The notes below the pieces were generated by a model that was not told where the DNA came from, did not search any database, and was given only the letters and a program-made list of their open reading frames with translations. Source: an uncultured virus (IMG/VR IMGVR_UViG_3300021256_000108) (lineage: Duplodnaviria > Heunggongvirae > Uroviricota > Caudoviricetes). Taken from it: a stretch of DNA of 64,000 nt. This document shows, piece by piece, positions 48,950-59,467 of this stretch (position 1 is its first letter; each line of letters begins with the position of its first letter). The position numbers and the translations under genes were made by a program. The stretch lies in the IMG/VR virus record IMGVR_UViG_3300021256_000108. One strand, written 5' to 3'.

Positions 48950-49876
48950 GAGTGAGCCATATAATAAGATTTTACAAATAATTTAGAGTGAATTAATCAG
49001 CTAGATTTTACAACTTATAAGAATGAAACAATAAGGCAGATTTTATACGATTTAAGATTGAGTCTTAATATAGGATTTTACGTGTGGGTGGAACGAACCA
49101 CATTCAAGGATTTTTCAATAAATACGAGTGAACCAAAGTTCAAGGATTTTTCAATATATTTGAGTGAACCAAAGAGGACGGATTTTCAGCTAAAAATGAG
49201 TGAACCATGTTAAGCGATTTTTCTAAAGAACTGATTGAGTCATGTTAGAGGTTTTTACATCATAACAGAGCGAACCGAAATAACGGATTATACTGTAGAT
49301 AAGAGTGAATCATAATGAAGGATTTTACAGTAACCTAGAAATGAAACATAAAATGAGATTTTACTTACAGCCTAGATTGAACCGTTTGGGAATAAAATCA
49401 ACAGAAAGGATTATACAATTCCTCTGAATGAATCAAGTATGTATATTTTACTTATTATACGAATGAATTAAATCCACAGATTTTACATATTATACGAATG
49501 AATCAATATTATGAATTTTACATTAAATATGAATGAAACAAGAGAATGTATTTTTCTAGTGAATATGATTGAACCATTTAATAAGTTTTTTCAGCAAGAA
49601 CGAGTGAAACATTGTAGGCGATTTTTCGTGATTGAATGATTGAATTAATATCCAAGATTTTACATAATTGCAAGAATGAATCAGCATACTCGATAATACA
49701 AGTGCTGTGAATGAAACATCTATGAGGAATACACATAGATAGAGATTGAATTATTGAGGTGGATTTTTCATAAAAAGCGAATGAAACATGGAAGAATAAT
49801 TTTTCAAGGTCGTAGATTGAATCAACTCAAAAGATTATTCACTATAAGTGAGTGAGCCAATATTCTTTGATTATGC
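48950..49876 (+). repeat. Dual-repeat guide-RNA array (TIGR-type), about 26 units of 35-36 nt
   Basis: Unit = GA(G/A/T)TGA(A)NC + ~9 nt variable + GATTTT(A/T)C + ~9 nt variable; 27 edge-repeat positions from 48950 to 49850, one of them degenerate. Confidence 0.9.
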
Positions 49877-49918
49877 AAAAAGGAAAAGCGATTTTATTTA
49901 TTAAAGGAGTCTTTATCA

Positions 49919-50386
49919 ATGGAGTTTAACAACTTAAAAGAAGAAGCATTTAAACAGGTTGAACAGCGTTGTAAATTGAGTGAGTGGTATAACAAAGGAT
50001 TAAAGGACGGATATATTGAAGGGTATGAAACGGCAATAGGACATACGCAGAAGGTTATTTCTAAGTATAATCTGTGTAATGAAAAAAATAAAAATGACGA
50101 AGAAAAAGATTTAATACCCGCCTTTAAATTCATGGGTGACTCTATGGGGTCACTTATTGATAAAATTGTTGAAGAATGTGGGGAGGTTGTAGAAGCATGG
50201 AATGACGGCGAAGCAAAAGACCGTGTGGCAGAGGAAATTGGGGATGTTCAGTTAGCTTGTGAAACCGCTTTGGCAGGGTTAGGCTATCACGAAAAAGAAC
50301 GGCGCGGAGTTCGATTGAAAAACATCAAGAAAAATAAGGATAGGGGGTATTATTGTGACAAAGTATCAGCAGACAATGTGGAATAA
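49919..50386 (+). CDS. Protein with C-terminal MazG-like domain
   Basis: KIVEECGEVVEA...EEIGDV. Confidence 0.75.
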   Translation: MEFNNLKEEAFKQVEQRCKLSEWYNKGLKDGYIEGYETAIGHTQKVISKYNLCNEKNKNDEEKDLIPAFKFMGDSMGSLIDKIVEECGEVVEAWNDGEAKDRVAEEIGDVQLACETALAGLGYHEKERRGVRLKNIKKNKDRGYYCDKVSADNVE

Positions 50387-50606
50387 GGCAAGAAACCGTT
50401 GGTACGCACTTTCTTTAATACTAGGGGAGTCTGACGAAACAACAAAAGTTATAAATGTTGCTATGAAAGCAGGTTTTTGTAGCACAGACGCTATGAGAAC
50501 TTACTTCATTAGATGGGGCGATAAAATGGTAGAAAACTACGGCAAATTGCCATATCGAATGTTAAATTCAAAAGCCTATATCAAATATATGGAGTTGATA
50601 GATTAA
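50355..50606 (+). CDS. Hypothetical protein
   Basis: Overlapping co-directional ORF. Confidence 0.55.
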   Translation: MTKYQQTMWNKARNRWYALSLILGESDETTKVINVAMKAGFCSTDAMRTYFIRWGDKMVENYGKLPYRMLNSKAYIKYMELID

Positions 50607-50729
50607 TGACTGAATATTACATGGGGCTGTTAGTTGGTGCGGGTATAGGTTATTGTCTTGCGCTTACAACAATAATAGCTGTATGGACTTTATGTGTGAT
50701 TGCCAAAAAAGTAAATAAGGGGCGATAAC

Positions 50730-51011
50730 ATGAGAGAAAAGCGAACAAGGAAAACAGGGTATCATAAACCCAGAGCACTTGAAGCGCAAATTAGATGTAA
50801 CCATGATATTTCTTGCAACATGATTGAGAGTGCCCGTTTGCGAAAACCTCCTATGGCAATGCCTAGTCCTAGACATACTTCCAGATGGTGTAGTGGTCGC
50901 TGTGTGATTTGTGGTGAACACATGGAGTGCGTTACTAATCTTCATGCAGAAAAACATGGTTATAAAAATGCAAATGAAATGATAGAAGCAGGTCAAGTTG
51001 TATTTGATTAA
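50730..51011 (+). CDS. Zn-finger-like hypothetical protein
   Basis: CVICG...HAEKHG. Confidence 0.6.
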   Translation: MREKRTRKTGYHKPRALEAQIRCNHDISCNMIESARLRKPPMAMPSPRHTSRWCSGRCVICGEHMECVTNLHAEKHGYKNANEMIEAGQVVFD

Positions 51012-51234
51012 TAGGAGAGGAATTTTGACTGATGAAGAACTAGGGCGATATAAAACACTTCCTTGTCCTGTCTGTAAAAGTAAGAATACAAATGTACGAT
51101 ATGCAGGGCAAGGGTGGTATTTTGTGGGGTGTTTGGATTGCGGTCATAAGAGAACTTGTGACGAGTCATATATAGAGCAAGAAGTAGAATTTTGGAACAA
51201 TTATAGTCGAAAGGTTGCTAAAAATGTTCGGTAA
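50998..51234 (+). CDS. Lar-like Zn-ribbon protein
   Basis: PCPVC...CLDC...WN. Confidence 0.65.
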   Translation: MYLINRRGILTDEELGRYKTLPCPVCKSKNTNVRYAGQGWYFVGCLDCGHKRTCDESYIEQEVEFWNNYSRKVAKNVR

Positions 51235-51565
51235 AAATGGGCTAACAAATGAGGGAAAATGTACAGGTTGTGGGGCTTGTTGTGGAAGTGTTCTTCCGTT
51301 AAGCAAAAAGGAAATAAAAAAGATTCGTTCTTATGTAAAAAAACATGGGATTGTTGTTACAAAAGTAGTTGATTCAATGGTGTGCCCTTTTTTGGATATA
51401 GAAAAAAGAAAAGACAAATGCAAAATATATTCGGTTCGCCCTGCTATTTGCAGAGAGTTCAAATGCAATTACTCTATTGATAATATGAAGAAAGATAATC
51501 CTATCAAAAGAATGGGAACGGACGGTATCTTTGATATGAATGAATTATTTGGGGGTATTAAATAA
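51215..51565 (+). CDS. YkgJ-like CxxCxxCC Zn/Fe-chelating protein
   Basis: CTGCGACC...CPFL...CKIYSVRPAICR. Confidence 0.85.
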   Translation: MLKMFGKNGLTNEGKCTGCGACCGSVLPLSKKEIKKIRSYVKKHGIVVTKVVDSMVCPFLDIEKRKDKCKIYSVRPAICREFKCNYSIDNMKKDNPIKRMGTDGIFDMNELFGGIK

Positions 51566-51991
51566 ATGGAATTAGACGAAAGCAAATTAAAATCATATGA
51601 CTTAGATAAAGCGAAAATCGGAGATAAAATTATTGTTGGGCGTTGTTACGATTATCCGTTATGGATGTTTGACGAAGTAATAATAAAATCAATTTCTCCT
51701 AAACGTGGTGATATAACATTATCTAATGGGAAAAGATACCAAAAGGACGGACGAAAAATTGGCGTTGGCAGGTGGGAAAGCCATTACGGTGACGGCTTTT
51801 TTGAACATACACAGAAGAATATAGCAATTATTAACAGTTATATAAGCGCAATGAATGAAGCAAGATATATTGTTAAATTATTTAGAGAAATTGAAAAGCA
51901 AGGCTACAAAATACTTTATGATTTACCAGAATATAAAATAAGTGTTATTTACACAACATTTAAAGAGATTTTTGGTGAAGAAAATGTTTGA
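51566..51991 (+). CDS. Hypothetical protein
   Basis: 141-aa ORF in operon. Confidence 0.65.
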   Translation: MELDESKLKSYDLDKAKIGDKIIVGRCYDYPLWMFDEVIIKSISPKRGDITLSNGKRYQKDGRKIGVGRWESHYGDGFFEHTQKNIAIINSYISAMNEARYIVKLFREIEKQGYKILYDLPEYKISVIYTTFKEIFGEENV

Positions 51992-52300
51992 ACATTGGCA
52001 AGCAATATTAGTGGGATTTTTATTTTGTTTACCTGCTTGCATAATTTTATTAATCTGGGCATGGATTAATCAGAGGGGTAAAAATGAAAAAAAAGACATT
52101 TGAAATCAGATTAACACTTGCAGAATTTTATGCGATACGAAATGCGCTTGCTAAACAAGGGAACGAAATAGAATTGCTAATAAAAATCAATGAGCAGATT
52201 GATATGTTACATCACTATTTTGATGGGCGGTGGCATTTGCCGCAAGGCGTTGAGCCTAATTTACGATTGTGGCGATTGCGCTAGGGGGAAGGTGTAGAAA

Positions 52301-52588
52301 ATGAGCCGTAGATTTACAGGTGTAACTGATATTAACGGCAGGAAAATATATACGGGCGATACAGTTAAAATGCACTATTTTTACGAAGCACATGATTATC
52401 ATACATTAGGAGCGTATGAAGGCGAAGCAGAAGTAGTTGGTGTTGTAGGGCATTGTTGGGGAAAGTTTTACACAGAACAAAAAGAACGACATTACTATAA
52501 TGGCAAACTTGAAACGGTAAATTGCAGATATTATTGGGATAAATATTTACAAGAACCCGAAGAAGAATTGGAAGTTTTAGAGGTGTAG
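52301..52588 (+). CDS. YopX-like protein
   Basis: FTGVTDINGRKIYTGD. Confidence 0.75.
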   Translation: MSRRFTGVTDINGRKIYTGDTVKMHYFYEAHDYHTLGAYEGEAEVVGVVGHCWGKFYTEQKERHYYNGKLETVNCRYYWDKYLQEPEEELEVLEV

Positions 52589-52591
52589 AAA

Positions 52592-54818
52592 ATGACAGCG
52601 AATATTGAAAGAATGATTAATGAAAAAATGATTAAGGCGGCACGAGAACTTAAAACATTATGCGGGTCACTTCAATTTGAAGATTGTGTCGTTAAGAAAA
52701 TAGAATGTCCGTTTCAAGAACAACCATTAATAAAAGGTGATAAATATGTGTGCCTTTTAAAATCATTTAATAAATACCCTTGTGATTGGGATATTCCAAC
52801 TACTCTTGATGGGTGGATATGCAGGCTTGATAATGGTGACGCTAACGATTTGTCAAAGTCAGAGCAAGTTGAAATAAAAGAACTGTTGGTTGAACTGAAA
52901 GAACGCAGAGAACGAGAGGACAAAGAATTAGAAGAACGAGCATTAGAGATTGAGCGTAATGATTGGGAACGTGAAGAATAATGAATATAACGGTTGAAAG
53001 TTATACAATTCATAATTTGACACAGAATGAACTTGATTTAATCTATACCGCGTTGTGCCGTTTCCCGTCTGATAATCCTAGATGTTATGACGCTTTTTTG
53101 TTAAAAGAAAAAATAGGGCTATATCATAGTACGGTTTTAGCAAATAGGGAGCGTGAGAGTAATGAAAATAGGTGACAAAGCAAAAGTAATTGATTGGCGT
53201 TCAATCTATGCGGGGGAAGTAGTTGAACTTATTAACGAAACTGATGATATGTATGTTTTTGCAAACAAAAAACATAAACGTGGCACGCTGACAGTTAGAA
53301 AAAATATAGCGCATGGATTTATTGCATGGGAGCGTGAAAGTAATGACTAATAGAGATAAATTTTTACTCAAACTAATTGATATGTCAGACAGGGAACTTG
53401 CTAATATTTATTGCCTATACATTAATGATTGCCGTGATTGTCATTTTGTTGGCGTAAAAGGTTGCTTTGAGAAACTTGTTGAGTGGATAAAGCAGGAGCA
53501 TGAAAGCAATGAAGATTGAAGAAGCTAAAAAGCTGTTACCACCGCAGTTAAAATATCCGTTGCCGATTGAAGTTATAGACAACCTTTTAGGCGTACAAAG
53601 AATAGCAATAGACATGAGTGAGCCAGACGAAAAAGGTATGCACTATGCACTAATGGCGGCATTGATTGAACTGAAAGAAAGGAGAAACGGTGGCTCGTAT
53701 AATTCTAACGCGAGAAAAGATTTCATGGATATTGTCTATGACGAATTAAGTGATGATGAAGATAATTTTCGAGCAAACAGAATTATTGACGCGGCAGATG
53801 TATATGCAGATAGTTTTTAAGGAACGTGATAAAAGTGAGTGATTATAAATGCAAGGTAAGAATTATCCGAGATAAGGAAATAACTGTCTATGCCAAGAAT
53901 AAAACCGAAGCAGAAAAAGAAGCTAAAAACTTATGTAAATACGGTTGGGGATTACCTTTAGGTGAACACACAGAAGTTTTTGAAATTGAGCGCATAACAG
54001 CTAAGAAGAAAGCGCAGGAGTATGGAGAAAATAGGGCTTGAATAAATAGAGGTGGGCAAAATGGCAAAGATATATTTATGCGTAACATTTGATAAAGATA
54101 CAGGCGTTATGAGTTGTAATTGTGACGCGACTCTTAATGATTTAATTCTTACAACGGGATATTTATTACGACAACAATTAATTATGTTGGCAAAAGAGCA
54201 AGCCCCTAAAGAGGGTATTGTTCTTGATGAAAAAATAGGTAAATATTTTTTGGCAGAAGCGGCAAAAAATTATAGCAAGCAAATTGCAAATATAATTGAA
54301 TTTGGGGAGGTTAAGTAAATGGCAAAGTTCCCCAAAATAACAAATAGTGAATTATTTATGGCAAAAATTTATGAAGCGTTAATTATGGCAACAGACTTCC
54401 AGATTGGAAGCGGAGCAATAATTGTGAACGACGGATTAGTTCGCATACCGAATATTACTGGAGATTATGCGGTGAAAGTTGAATTTGTAAAAAACTAGGG
54501 AGCGTGCCGAAGAAGGGAGAGAATAATATGCGTTGGGTTACATATTATGAAGATGTTATGATGGGCGGTAAAGTAGCTGACATAACTATTCACAAAGATA
54601 AAGAGTCAGCGACGGAATATTTTAAGGCACATTACAAGGATTATTTTCAATTAAATCCTAAAGATATAAAAGTAAAACTACCTATGAGCTATGGATTTGT
54701 GTTTCGTTCCTTTAATGGAGTATCACTCTTGAAATTTAAACGTAGAATGATGGAGCGATTCAATATTGACGAGCATGAGTTTAATAGACAGCTAAAAGAA
54801 TGGGAGCGTAGAAAATAA
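52592..54818 (+). other. Run of small co-directional hypothetical genes (52592, 52981, 53153, 53342, 53500, 53826, 54052, 54504)
   Basis: Abutting ORFs with RBSs; no recognisable family. Confidence 0.6.
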
Positions 54819-55033
54819 TGGCAGATATAACAATGTGTCACGGAAATGATTGCCCATTGAAGAATAAATGTTATCGTTATACAGCGTATGCAGACCCGTA
54901 TTGGCAATCTATATTTACAGAAATTCATTACAAAGGCGGCAAATGTAGTCATTTCTGGGATAACAGAGGTAAGCGAAATCGTCCAGATGGTGAGCCTATG
55001 TTTAAGGAGCGTGTTTCAGATGATAGAGAATGA
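54818..55033 (+). CDS. Cys-rich phage protein
   Basis: MADITMC...CPLKNKCYRY. Confidence 0.65.
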   Translation: MADITMCHGNDCPLKNKCYRYTAYADPYWQSIFTEIHYKGGKCSHFWDNRGKRNRPDGEPMFKERVSDDRE

Positions 55034-55214
55034 GTTGAAACCTTGTCAATGCGGAAGTGATGTAGAACTTTGCAGAGGTGATGATGATTATTATATTTAT
55101 TGCCCAAAATGCAAGTTAAAAACTTATTCGGATAGAGTCTACGATAACATTACAGATAACTGTGACAGATTAATAGATGTTTGGAATCGGAGGGGTTTAG
55201 ATGGCAGAGAATAA
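55020..55214 (+). CDS. Lar-like Zn-ribbon protein
   Basis: LKPCQCG...CPKC...WNRR. Confidence 0.7.
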   Translation: MIENELKPCQCGSDVELCRGDDDYYIYCPKCKLKTYSDRVYDNITDNCDRLIDVWNRRGLDGRE

Positions 55215-55395
55215 ATTAAACAGGTGCGAATGTGGTTCACAAGTTGATGTGTGGCAGAATGATGATGGGTATTATGTAGTTGGGTGCGGTAATTGGGGTT
55301 GTCCTAATTGTGCCCATAAATCAATGGATATATATAAAAGTGAAGAATCTGCTATAAAAGCATGGAATCGGAGGGTTTCAGATGGCAAGTTATAG
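55201..55395 (+). CDS. Lar-like Zn-ribbon protein
   Basis: CECG...AIKAWNRR. Confidence 0.7.
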   Translation: MAENKLNRCECGSQVDVWQNDDGYYVVGCGNWGCPNCAHKSMDIYKSEESAIKAWNRRVSDGKL

Positions 55396-55483
55396 GCAAG
55401 TTAAAAATGTCAATAACGGTACGGATTTTGCTAATGATATTATTGGTAACGGCAAGTTGTAGGCAAGTTAAGGAGGGGCGAAA

Positions 55484-55681
55484 ATGGCAGAAAATAAAAC
55501 TTGCCCGTTTTGTGGTAGTGACAGTATAGAAGTTTATACGCATTATGGTGAAAGCGCAGGGATTCAGTACGGCGGTTATTACCCAGAATGTACGGTTTGT
55601 GGTTGCAGGTTGAATTATTATGATAGCAGGGAAGAAGCATTAAAAGCGTGGAACGAAAGGGATAATCATGGCAGAGAATAA
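55484..55681 (+). CDS. Lar family restriction-alleviation-like protein
   Basis: TCPFCGS...CTVC...EALKAWNER. Confidence 0.8.
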   Translation: MAENKTCPFCGSDSIEVYTHYGESAGIQYGGYYPECTVCGCRLNYYDSREEALKAWNERDNHGRE

Positions 55682-56018
55682 AATGAAAAAATATGACGGC
55701 GTAAATAATTCTTTCGGAACAACTACTATTAAAGTCTTATTTCAAGTAGATGAATATAAAGGGGCTATGATATATAAGATTGGGGGAAATTGTAAAGGCT
55801 TGTCGGCATTACCACATGACGGTATGAGTATTATTGACAATCTGGAAACAGCGGAATTTGAGGATATGAATATAATTCCTTATGATGATAATGATTGGTT
55901 TGCAAAAATTTTTCTCACTAAATCTTATAATGATACACTTGAATATGATGTAGAATCAGAAGCAGAATTTGAAAATATGATTATCGGTATGCAGATTATT
56001 GATTTTACGGAGGATTGA
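55668..56018 (+). CDS. Hypothetical protein
   Basis: MAENK start; 116 aa. Confidence 0.65.
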   Translation: MAENKMKKYDGVNNSFGTTTIKVLFQVDEYKGAMIYKIGGNCKGLSALPHDGMSIIDNLETAEFEDMNIIPYDDNDWFAKIFLTKSYNDTLEYDVESEAEFENMIIGMQIIDFTED

Positions 56019-56022
56019 TTAG

Positions 56023-56202
56023 ATGGCAGAGAATAATAAATGCTGTGCTAATTGCAAGCATTATGCAGAATATGAGCGCAAGGACGGCGTAGTAATATGC
56101 GGTTGTTATTCCTATGACATGATGTGTGATAAGTCAACAATAGACATTAATAAGTGTAATTGCTTAGACGGAGAAGGGTGGGAATGTGAAGATGGCAGAT
56201 GA
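56023..56202 (+). CDS. Cys-rich 59-aa protein (not in the ORF track)
   Basis: GGAGG RBS; MAENNKCCANCKHY... Confidence 0.55.
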   Translation: MAENNKCCANCKHYAEYERKDGVVICGCYSYDMMCDKSTIDINKCNCLDGEGWECEDGR

Positions 56203-57358
56203 TGTAATGGCATTTCCCGATACATGGGAAGAATATGAAGATTTCTACGGATTCTATGATATTAAACAGGCTTATATGTTTGGAAATACTAGACTTATAC
56301 CTAGTTTTAGAGTACAGCAATGGTTAAATCATTTAGATGATATAAACCGTAAGAAACAATCACAGAAAAACAAGATGGAGCAGATTTCTAAAATGTTCGG
56401 CAAGGAACTAAACGAAAATTTCTGTGTTAGTTGTTGCAATACTAGGTTCTTACTTAAATTTACTTCTGATGGATTGTTGGTTTTTGATGATTCGTGGGGG
56501 CATTGGAACGGCGAAGATGGAATGTTAGAGGCTTTACTCACAGGAGAGGCGGTGATTATTGATGAATGAGAACAAGACGGCAGAGGAAAAAGATATAAAT
56601 TTAATAGCTATTAAATCTTTAATAGAATGTATTGACAATAGAGATATTGCCGAAGGTGGGATTTTTCTTGATGATGATAATGCAGAATTTGTTGCTGACA
56701 TTTTACGTTATCATTATGAGTTATTAACATCAAAGAATAAAATGGGAGAAGTTGCCAAAATATTTGGGAAAGAGTTGGGCGAAGAATTTATAGTAAATGA
56801 AGAAGAATGTCGTAAAAATTTGATATGTAAAATGACTGAAAGAGGATTATTCTTTTACCACGGTAGCTACAAAGCGTGGTGGCAGGATAGCGGGCTGTTA
56901 TCTGAATTACTCATAGGTAAGGCGGTGATTATCAATGAGTGATAACAAAATGGCAGAAGTAGCCAAGCTGTTCGGGATGAAGATGGGTGATGAATTTGAT
57001 GTGAGGTTTAACGGTAAACTAAAATGCTTGAAGTTTGATGAACAGCGTGGATTGCTTTATTTTAATGGTAATGAATGGCGAAAAAATTATGCTTATCTTG
57101 ATTGGTTGGTGCGCGGTAAGATGGTGATTGTTGATGAATGAAGATATAATGGTAGAAGTAGCTAAACTTCTGGGGCAAAAAATAAATAAAAGATTTACGG
57201 TTGAATATTTCAATACGAAATTTGATTGCAAGTTTTTCAAACGCGCGAGTGGAAAATGTGATTTTACAGTATTAGATGAACCAGAGTTTTCATTCTGTTT
57301 CACCGAACAGATTTTGTATGCGTTAATTACGGGTGGGGCGGTGATTGTTAATGATTGA
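56186..57358 (+). other. Four tandem paralogous genes sharing a NKMxEVAKxFG...GxAVIxxE domain (56186, 56559, 56935, 57128)
   Basis: Similarity visible between the translations. Confidence 0.8.
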
Positions 57359-58688
57359 TGAAAGAAAAATAGAGATTATTGCTAAGAATTTCTCTTATGA
57401 TTATTGGGATAATCATAAAAAGACCTTAGAGAATATGATAAGAATTGTTTATATTGAAGGGTTTAAAGAGGGAGTCCAGAAAGCGGCAGAAACGTGTAGT
57501 AGATGTGAAGGAAAGGGCGAAAATTTTGAACACGGGGCAGATGTATGTAAATCATGTAAAAGGGGCGTGATTATTGATGAATAAAAAGAGGAGGGCTGAC
57601 AATGATAGACAAAAGTAACAGATATACTTATCAAAAACCGCAATATGATTTTGCCAAAGAATTGATAGACGAACTTTATGCAGAACTTGATAGTTCTGAA
57701 GATGAATGGGATAGAGGATATAATTCTGGCATACGATTTGTGATACATAAATTAAAAAGGTATACGAGTAAAGTTGAACGTGATTTTGGCATAAAAGCGG
57801 AGGGCTGATAATGAAATCATGGCTAAAAGGTAATGTGTATGTCTTTCGACAAGGCTACAAAGACGGCAGGGGGATTGCACGAAAAATGCACAGTACGGGT
57901 GCAAAAAATAGACCAAGAAGCAGAATGATTCGTAGGGCAAAGAGGATGATTAGGATGGTTGACAATGACTAACGGCGATTGGGTGCGGTCAATGACGGAT
58001 GAACAGTTAGCAAAATGGCTTGACACATTTGATATGGACATTTGCGAGAATTGCCCGTTGAGCGATAACGCATGTTGCGAAGAAGAATTATGTATTGAAC
58101 AATGGCAAAAATGGGTAAAGCAGGAGCATAAGGATAATAGCAATGACTAATCGTGAGTGGCTAAATTCGCTAAATAAACAACAAAAAAAAAGGAGCATTG
58201 TTGTAATGAGTTATGAGTTTTCGGACAGAATGATATTGAAAGGAGAATTGTTAAAATATCGGAGATATTTATGCGAAAAAACAGTAGAACGCGGGAAGAA
58301 ATGTGAAGATTGTTCCGCACATATCAAAGATATTAATAAATGTATTGTTGGTTTGATGATTAAAAAGATAGACGCATAGGAGGATAGCAATATGGAAGAT
58401 GGAATGATTGATGTACCTTCAATTTTAATGGGGGAAAATGGAGAGCCGCACCATTTCTTAGGTATAGGGAGGGGCGAAATAAATGGCAAGGAGTATGTTT
58501 CGCTTACGTTCCATAAAATTCCAGAGGGGAAGGATTATACATGGGGGGATTTGTGGAAAGAAGAAGGAAACCCAGAAATGTTTTTTGCAATCGCTTTCGG
58601 TTCGGTGAAATGCGTTGATGTAATGATTTCACAGTTGAAAGAAATAAAAAAAGAAATGATGGAGAAGGAATCAAAAAATGGCGATTAA
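57345..58688 (+). other. Run of small hypothetical genes (57345, 57602, 57959, 58143, 58392)
   Basis: Abutting ORFs with RBSs. Confidence 0.6.
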
Positions 58689-59034
58689 TTCAAAGGATAA
58701 AGGTAAAAGGGGAGAACTTCTCTGGACTAAATTGTGTAGGGAACATGGTTTTGAAGAAGTCAGACGGACGGCGCAATATTGTGGTAATACGGGTGAAGCT
58801 AGTGATTGTGTGGGATTGCCATTTATCCATCAAGAAGTAAAAAATGTGGAGCGTCTTAATATTAGGGCGGCTATGTTTCAAGCAGAGAATGACGCTAGGG
58901 AAGGTGAAATACCCATAGTAGCGCATAAGCAAAACCGTAAGCCGTGGTTGGTTACAATGAACGCTGATGATTTTTTCAAGTTGTATAAAGCATGGTTAGA
59001 GGGGGTATCTGATGGAGAACAAGGACAAGCGTAA
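58678..59034 (+). CDS. Putative PD-(D/E)XK Holliday junction resolvase
   Basis: NSKDKGKRGE...RRTAQYCG...SD...EVK. Confidence 0.75.
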   Translation: MAINSKDKGKRGELLWTKLCREHGFEEVRRTAQYCGNTGEASDCVGLPFIHQEVKNVERLNIRAAMFQAENDAREGEIPIVAHKQNRKPWLVTMNADDFFKLYKAWLEGVSDGEQGQA

Positions 59035-59209
59035 ACTATGTAATCTTCTTAAAGAATACCGAAAAGAATATTGTGATACAGCAAAGGTAGCCGCAAGAAA
59101 ATGGCTAACAGAGAAATGTGATGTTTGCGATTTGGCAACATCAAGCGGTTGTATGATTGATGTTATTGCGTTGAAGTTGGAAAACGAGTTGTGGGAGGGA
59201 TAGAAGTAA

Positions 59210-59467
59210 ATGAAATACAAAGTCGGAGACAAGGTGCGATTTATAAAGCCTATTCGGGTAAATGGTGAATATGGCTATGTAGATAAAGACATTATATTTA
59301 CTATTTCCTATTTTGACTACAAAGAAAAAACGTATTGGATAGGCAATATGATTTTTGGAACAAAAATGTTAGAAGAATTAACTGAACCTGTGGCAACAAA
59401 AAATTTTACAAGTGCATTGATAGAACGTATTAAAGGAGAAGGACAAGATGAAATACAAAGTTGGTGA
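59210..59467 (+). CDS. MKYKVGDKV-type small domain protein
   Basis: N-terminus shared with the next gene. Confidence 0.65.
   Translation: MKYKVGDKVRFIKPIRVNGEYGYVDKDIIFTISYFDYKEKTYWIGNMIFGTKMLEELTEPVATKNFTSALIERIKGEGQDEIQSW

Noticed and set aside
48959..49495. Spacers containing TATAAT (ATATAATAA; reverse complements of TTATTATAC and ATATTATAC) as evidence for promoter targeting
   Set aside because: About one such hit is expected by chance in ~50 AT-rich 9-mers, and two of the three are probably duplicates
49611..49708. Self-targeting from single-spacer matches (ATTGTAGGC at ~33805; reverse complement of AAGTGCTGT at ~20184)
   Set aside because: Isolated 9-mers are expected by chance in 64 kb and the partner spacer is not adjacent; I could not search exhaustively
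48950..49876. CRISPR array
   Set aside because: Conserved parts are only 8-9 nt and alternate between two types with ~9-nt spacers; no cas genes in the genome
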